From the human T2T-CHM13v2.0 reference genome, Homo sapiens, in NCBI RefSeq assembly GCF_009914755.1, contig NC_060947.1: DNA of 64,000 bases. One strand, written 5' to 3'. The notes below the pieces were generated by a model, which saw only the letters and a program-made list of their open reading frames with translations, was not told the DNA's origin and did not search any database. Positions 58,472 to 64,000 of the stretch are shown here, one piece after another. Position numbers and translations under genes: made by a program. How positions within the stretch are numbered: the stretch's first letter is position 1; each line of letters begins with the position of its first letter.

Positions 58472-58847
58472 TGACATGGTTGGGCTGTGTCCTCATCCAA
58501 ATCTCATCTTGAATTGTAGTTCCCATAATCCCCATATGTCCTGGGAGAGACCAGGTGGAGATAATTGAATCGGGGGGACGGTTTCCCCCATCCTGTTCTC
58601 ATGATGGTGAGTGAGTTCTCATGAGATCTGATGGTTTTATAAGGGGCTTTTTCCCACCTTTGCTCTGAACTTCTGCTTGCTGCTACCATGTGAAGAAGGA
58701 CTTGTTTGCTTCCCCCTCCACTATGATTGTAAGTTTCCTGAGGCCTCCCCAGCCATGCTGAACTGTGAGTCCATTAAACTTTTTTCCTTTATAAATTACC
58801 TAGTCTCAGGTATGTCTTTATAAGCAGCATGAGAACGGACTAAGACA
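58472..58847 (+). mobile_element. THE1D-like solo LTR
   Basis: TGACATGGTT..GCTGTGTCC..CAAATCTCATCTTGAATTGTAG...GGACTAAGACA; 5-bp TSD GTGTC. Confidence 0.92.
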
Positions 58848-59032
58848 GTGTCCTTTCATTATTCATTCAACTATGAGCAGTAAATGCTGGCAATTTTTTA
58901 AAATTGTGTTTCAGGCTTTGTTATTATTTATATTGCCTTACTACTTACATAGTAACTTTACTATCTTACATTATTAATATACAGGTTTTTAAGTAATATT
59001 ACTTAAGTGTGTGTACAAAATTTCTTTTTTTA

Positions 59033-59372
59033 AGAATGAGTTCATGTCCTTTGCAGGGACATGGATGAAGCTGGAAACCATCATTCTCAGCAAACTAACA
59101 CAGGAACAGAAAACCAAACACCACATGTTCTCACTCATAAATGGGAGTTGAACAATGAGAACACGTGGACACAGAGAGAGAAACATCACACACCGGGGCC
59201 TGTCGGGGGTTAAGGGGCAGGGGGATGGAGAGCATTAAGACAAATACCCAATGCATGTGGGGCTTAAAACCTAGATGATGGGTTGATAGGTGCAGCAAAC
59301 CACCATGGCACATGTATACCTATGTAAAAAACCTGCACCTTCTGCACATGTATCCCAGAACTTAGAGTAAAA
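59033..59372 (+). mobile_element. L1PA (about PA7/8) 3' end
   Basis: GAGTTCATGTCCTTTGCAGGGACATGG...GGGGCTTAAAACCTAGATGA; TSD AAAATTTCTTTTTTT. Confidence 0.88.
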
Positions 59373-59384
59373 AAATTTCTTTTT

Positions 59385-60335
<951 letters not shown>

Positions 60336-60929
60336 CTAATGCTAGCAATTTTGATAGTGTTTCATAAAAATCTCCTTTCATATACTAAGTGAATTCATAT
60401 GAAGTGATCAACAGAGGAATTGATCAATAAGCTTCCCTCTAAAATGTACTTCTTGAATTAACTTTCTCTCATAGCAGCCTATTCTACTGACATCTTCTCT
60501 TTAACCTATTAGTGTTCTCAAGTCTTTGCCCATCTTAAAAAAAAAATCGCATTCCTTCAACTATGCTAGCTACAGTCTGCTTTCCCTATTACTCTTTCCC
60601 TTTGCCAAACTTCTTCAAAGGTTAGTCTGCATTTCCACACCTCCCATTTGCTTTTTTGAAATTTAGAAATACTTTAAGCAAACAAAAAAGGGTAGAGAAT
60701 AATAAAATAAAAACCCATGTACCTAAAACTCAGTTTATTAAAAACTGACATTTTGGCTGGGCGCGGTGGCTTACGCCTGTAATCGCAGCACTTTGGCAGG
60801 CCAAGGCAGGTGGATCACCTGAGGTCGGGAGTTTGAGACCAGCCTGACCAACATGCAGAAACCCCGTCTCTATCTAAAATACAAAATCAGCCAGGTGTGG
60901 TGGCGCATGCCTGTAATCCCAGCTACTCA

Positions 60930-61034
<105 letters not shown>

Positions 61035-61221
61035 TCAAAACAAAACAAAATAAAACAAAACACGCCTGACATTTTGTCAAATTTCTTTCCTATTTTTTAA
61101 AGAAGTAAAACATTATTGATAGAGTAAGCATTATGTGTACGTATCCCATCCCCATCCCTCTTCCTCTTTCCCCAGAGGTGGTCACTATTCAGACTTTGGT
61201 ATTTCTCATTTCCATGTATGT

Positions 61222-61353
61222 AATAACTAGTTGACCTCCGCAGCATTTGATCCTATTCATCTTTTTCTACCTTAGAACTTTCACCTCCCTTAGCTTTGAC
61301 GCCACTATCTCCTTAGTGCTCTGAATCTCTCTCGACCAACAGTCTATACACTA
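61222..61353 (+). repeat. 132-bp dispersed duplicate of 63074-63207
   Basis: 4 substitutions and one 2-bp indel between copies. Confidence 0.95.
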
Positions 61354-61359
61354 CACGAG

Positions 61360-62100
<741 letters not shown>

Positions 62101-62405
62101 GTATATCCATAATATCATATTATACATATTATATCACAACTTGTTTTTTTTGCTTCTTCATATTGAGATCTTTCCATGTTTACACCTATAGCTGTAGTTC
62201 ATTCATTTTAAACTAACTTGAACAAAGAGTCCTTTCATATGAATATACCATAATTTATTTATTCATTCACTTACTAATGGACATTTGTGTTTCCAGTTTC
62301 TCACTACTACAAGCAATATTGCAATGCACGCTCTTATATGGGTACTTTTTGTACAAGGAATGGAATTACTTAGTCAAAAGGTAGATATCTTCAACTTTGC
62401 TATAT

Positions 62406-62760
62406 AGTAATGAGCCACATAACTATATTTCGGTCAATGACAGACCACATATACAATGATGGTCCCATAAAATTATATTACCTTTATTTTAATGTACCTT
62501 TTTTATGTTTAGATATAAATGTACCTAAACATAGTTACACAGATACTTACCATGTGCTACAATTGTCTACAGTATTCAATGTAGTAACATGCTGTAAAGG
62601 TTTGTAGCCTAGGAGCAATAGACTATGTCATATAGCCTAGATGTGTAGTAAGCTATACCACCTAGGTTTGTGTAAATACACTATGATGTTTGCAAAAGGA
62701 AGAAATTGTCTAACGATGCATTTCTCAGAAGATATCCCCATCACTAACCAACACCTAAAT
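62406..62760 (+). mobile_element. Tigger3a-like (MER7) element
   Basis: TTTCGGTCAATGACAGACCACATATAC.ATG.TGGTCCCATAA; AGGTTTGTAGCCTAGGAGCAATAG. Confidence 0.85.
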
Positions 62761-62959
62761 GTATATGCCCAACTGCTTTCCAAGAAGGTTGTACATGTCT
62801 TCAATCCCTTATCTACAATTTTGAAATCTGAAAATAAACCAAAAGTATTTTTCATGATTTTGGCTTTTTTCACTTTGCTTATGGCGTTTTGGTATTTTTT
62901 ACTACTTACAATTTTTTCAAGGTTATCAATAATTTTCTTTATGGTTGTGCTTGCCTTAC

Positions 62960-63207
62960 TCTTCCAGCCACTATAAACTGGTTTCTGAACCATACCATTC
63001 CAATTATACTGCTCAAGAAGGTCACCAATTGTGCTTAAAAGCCAAATTTCATGAGCGTTTTCAAGTATAATGAAATAACTAGTTGACCTCTGCAGCATTT
63101 GATCCTATTCATCTTTTTCTACCTTAGAACTTTCACCTCCCTTAGCTTTGACACCACTATCTCCTTAGTGCTCTGAATCTCTCTCTCAACCAACAGTCTA
63201 CACACTA
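62960..63207 (+). mobile_element. L2 RT relic (likely donor of the 132-bp duplicate)
   Basis: AAGGTCACCAAT...TTGACCTCTGCAGCATTTGA, a degenerate KVTN..LDLSAAFD motif. Confidence 0.7.
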
Positions 63208-63259
63208 TTAATGGGATACAGCACTGTGCAGTGGGATTCAGAATTTTCATTAAAATTAC

Positions 63260-63335
63260 CGACAATTCATGTGCTCTCACGTCCATCTGGGTGATGTGCT
63301 ATGTGTGGTAGGTGTGATATATCATGAAAAACTTA
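63260..63335 (-). pseudogene. Candidate decayed exon
   Basis: tatttttgcacag|T AAG TTT TTC ... TCG|gtaatt; 76 nt, phase 2-0, one stop. Confidence 0.35.
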
Positions 63336-63511
63336 CTGTGCAAAAATATTGAGTGTTTCAATTAAGGATTTATTAAGGTAAAAATATATTAATGAGTAAT
63401 TTCCAAATGAATTCGATACAACAGTGATGTGACATTAATGCCAATGAACTCAGGGAAAAAAGAACTTAGGAGATAAATTATGTATCTGCTACCCCCTACA
63501 CTAATTGTTAC

Positions 63512-63653
63512 GTGTTCATATCTTTGTTTCTCTCTAAGTGCCTATGTGTCACTTAGACTAGCATATAGTTAGCTGCTGATTGATGTGTATCTTCTCCAAA
63601 AGGTAAATTTAGTCACAACATTCTCAATCCAAGCACAAAATAAAGGTCAGATA
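63512..63653 (-). pseudogene. Candidate decayed exon (most 5' in window)
   Basis: tatttttctttgcag| ... AC|gtaaca; 142 nt, phase 1-2, two stops (TGA, TAA); phase matches the next exon. Confidence 0.35.
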
Positions 63654-64000
63654 CTGCAAAGAAAAATACCTTATTGTGCAATATTTTACAAACAGCATAG
63701 TAATACTTGTTTTAGGCAAGAATCATCAATGAATGCTAGAACTAGTGGGTGAAAGTTTGATGAGAAACAAGATATTCTCAAAATATCTTCCTCAAAGATA
63801 TTTATTAGTTGCAAAGGGAAGAATAGTACCTTGAGAATGTAGAAAACTGGCAGATCTTTTTAACCAACTGGTGATCAACATTAATATCACCAGTAATGGC
63901 ACAAATAAATATCATGTGCCTCCTGATATTATGCACTGAGAAGGACACAAATTACTTCTGTACTATTCCTACTGAAAATGCTTAACTTGAATTAAATTGC

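Noticed and set aside
62637-63098. 153-aa minus-strand ORF
   Set aside because: Runs across L2, L1 and Tigger fragments; chance open frame

Overview
Human/primate genomic DNA, roughly three-quarters interspersed repeat by eye: about 55 Alu copies, L1PA/L1PB/L1MA-ME fragments, MaLR/ERVL/ERV1 LTRs, L2/L3 and hAT/Tc-mariner relics. No intact protein-coding gene is present. One clear young processed pseudogene of RPS23 lies at 19036-19423 with a poly(A) tail and a 14-bp TSD; from memory it fits RPS23P8 at Xq13.1 between SLC7A3 and SNX12, which I have not verified. The main unexplained signal is in the small non-repeat islands. Read on the minus strand, they give a chain of about 14 exon-like segments (63653 down to 1803) with AG/GT boundaries, several phase-matched junctions, and scattered stops and frameshifts. 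The translated fragments line up in order with Maestro HEAT-like repeat (MROH) proteins as I recall them, suggesting an unannotated, long-dead multi-exon MROH-like gene. The window also holds several locally templated insertions, an L1 3' transduction, a retroposed ~55-nt LTR-derived RNA, an ERVL/MaLR chimera and an expanded MADE1 hairpin. Repeat subfamily calls rest on recalled consensus motifs; boundaries without TSDs are approximate.
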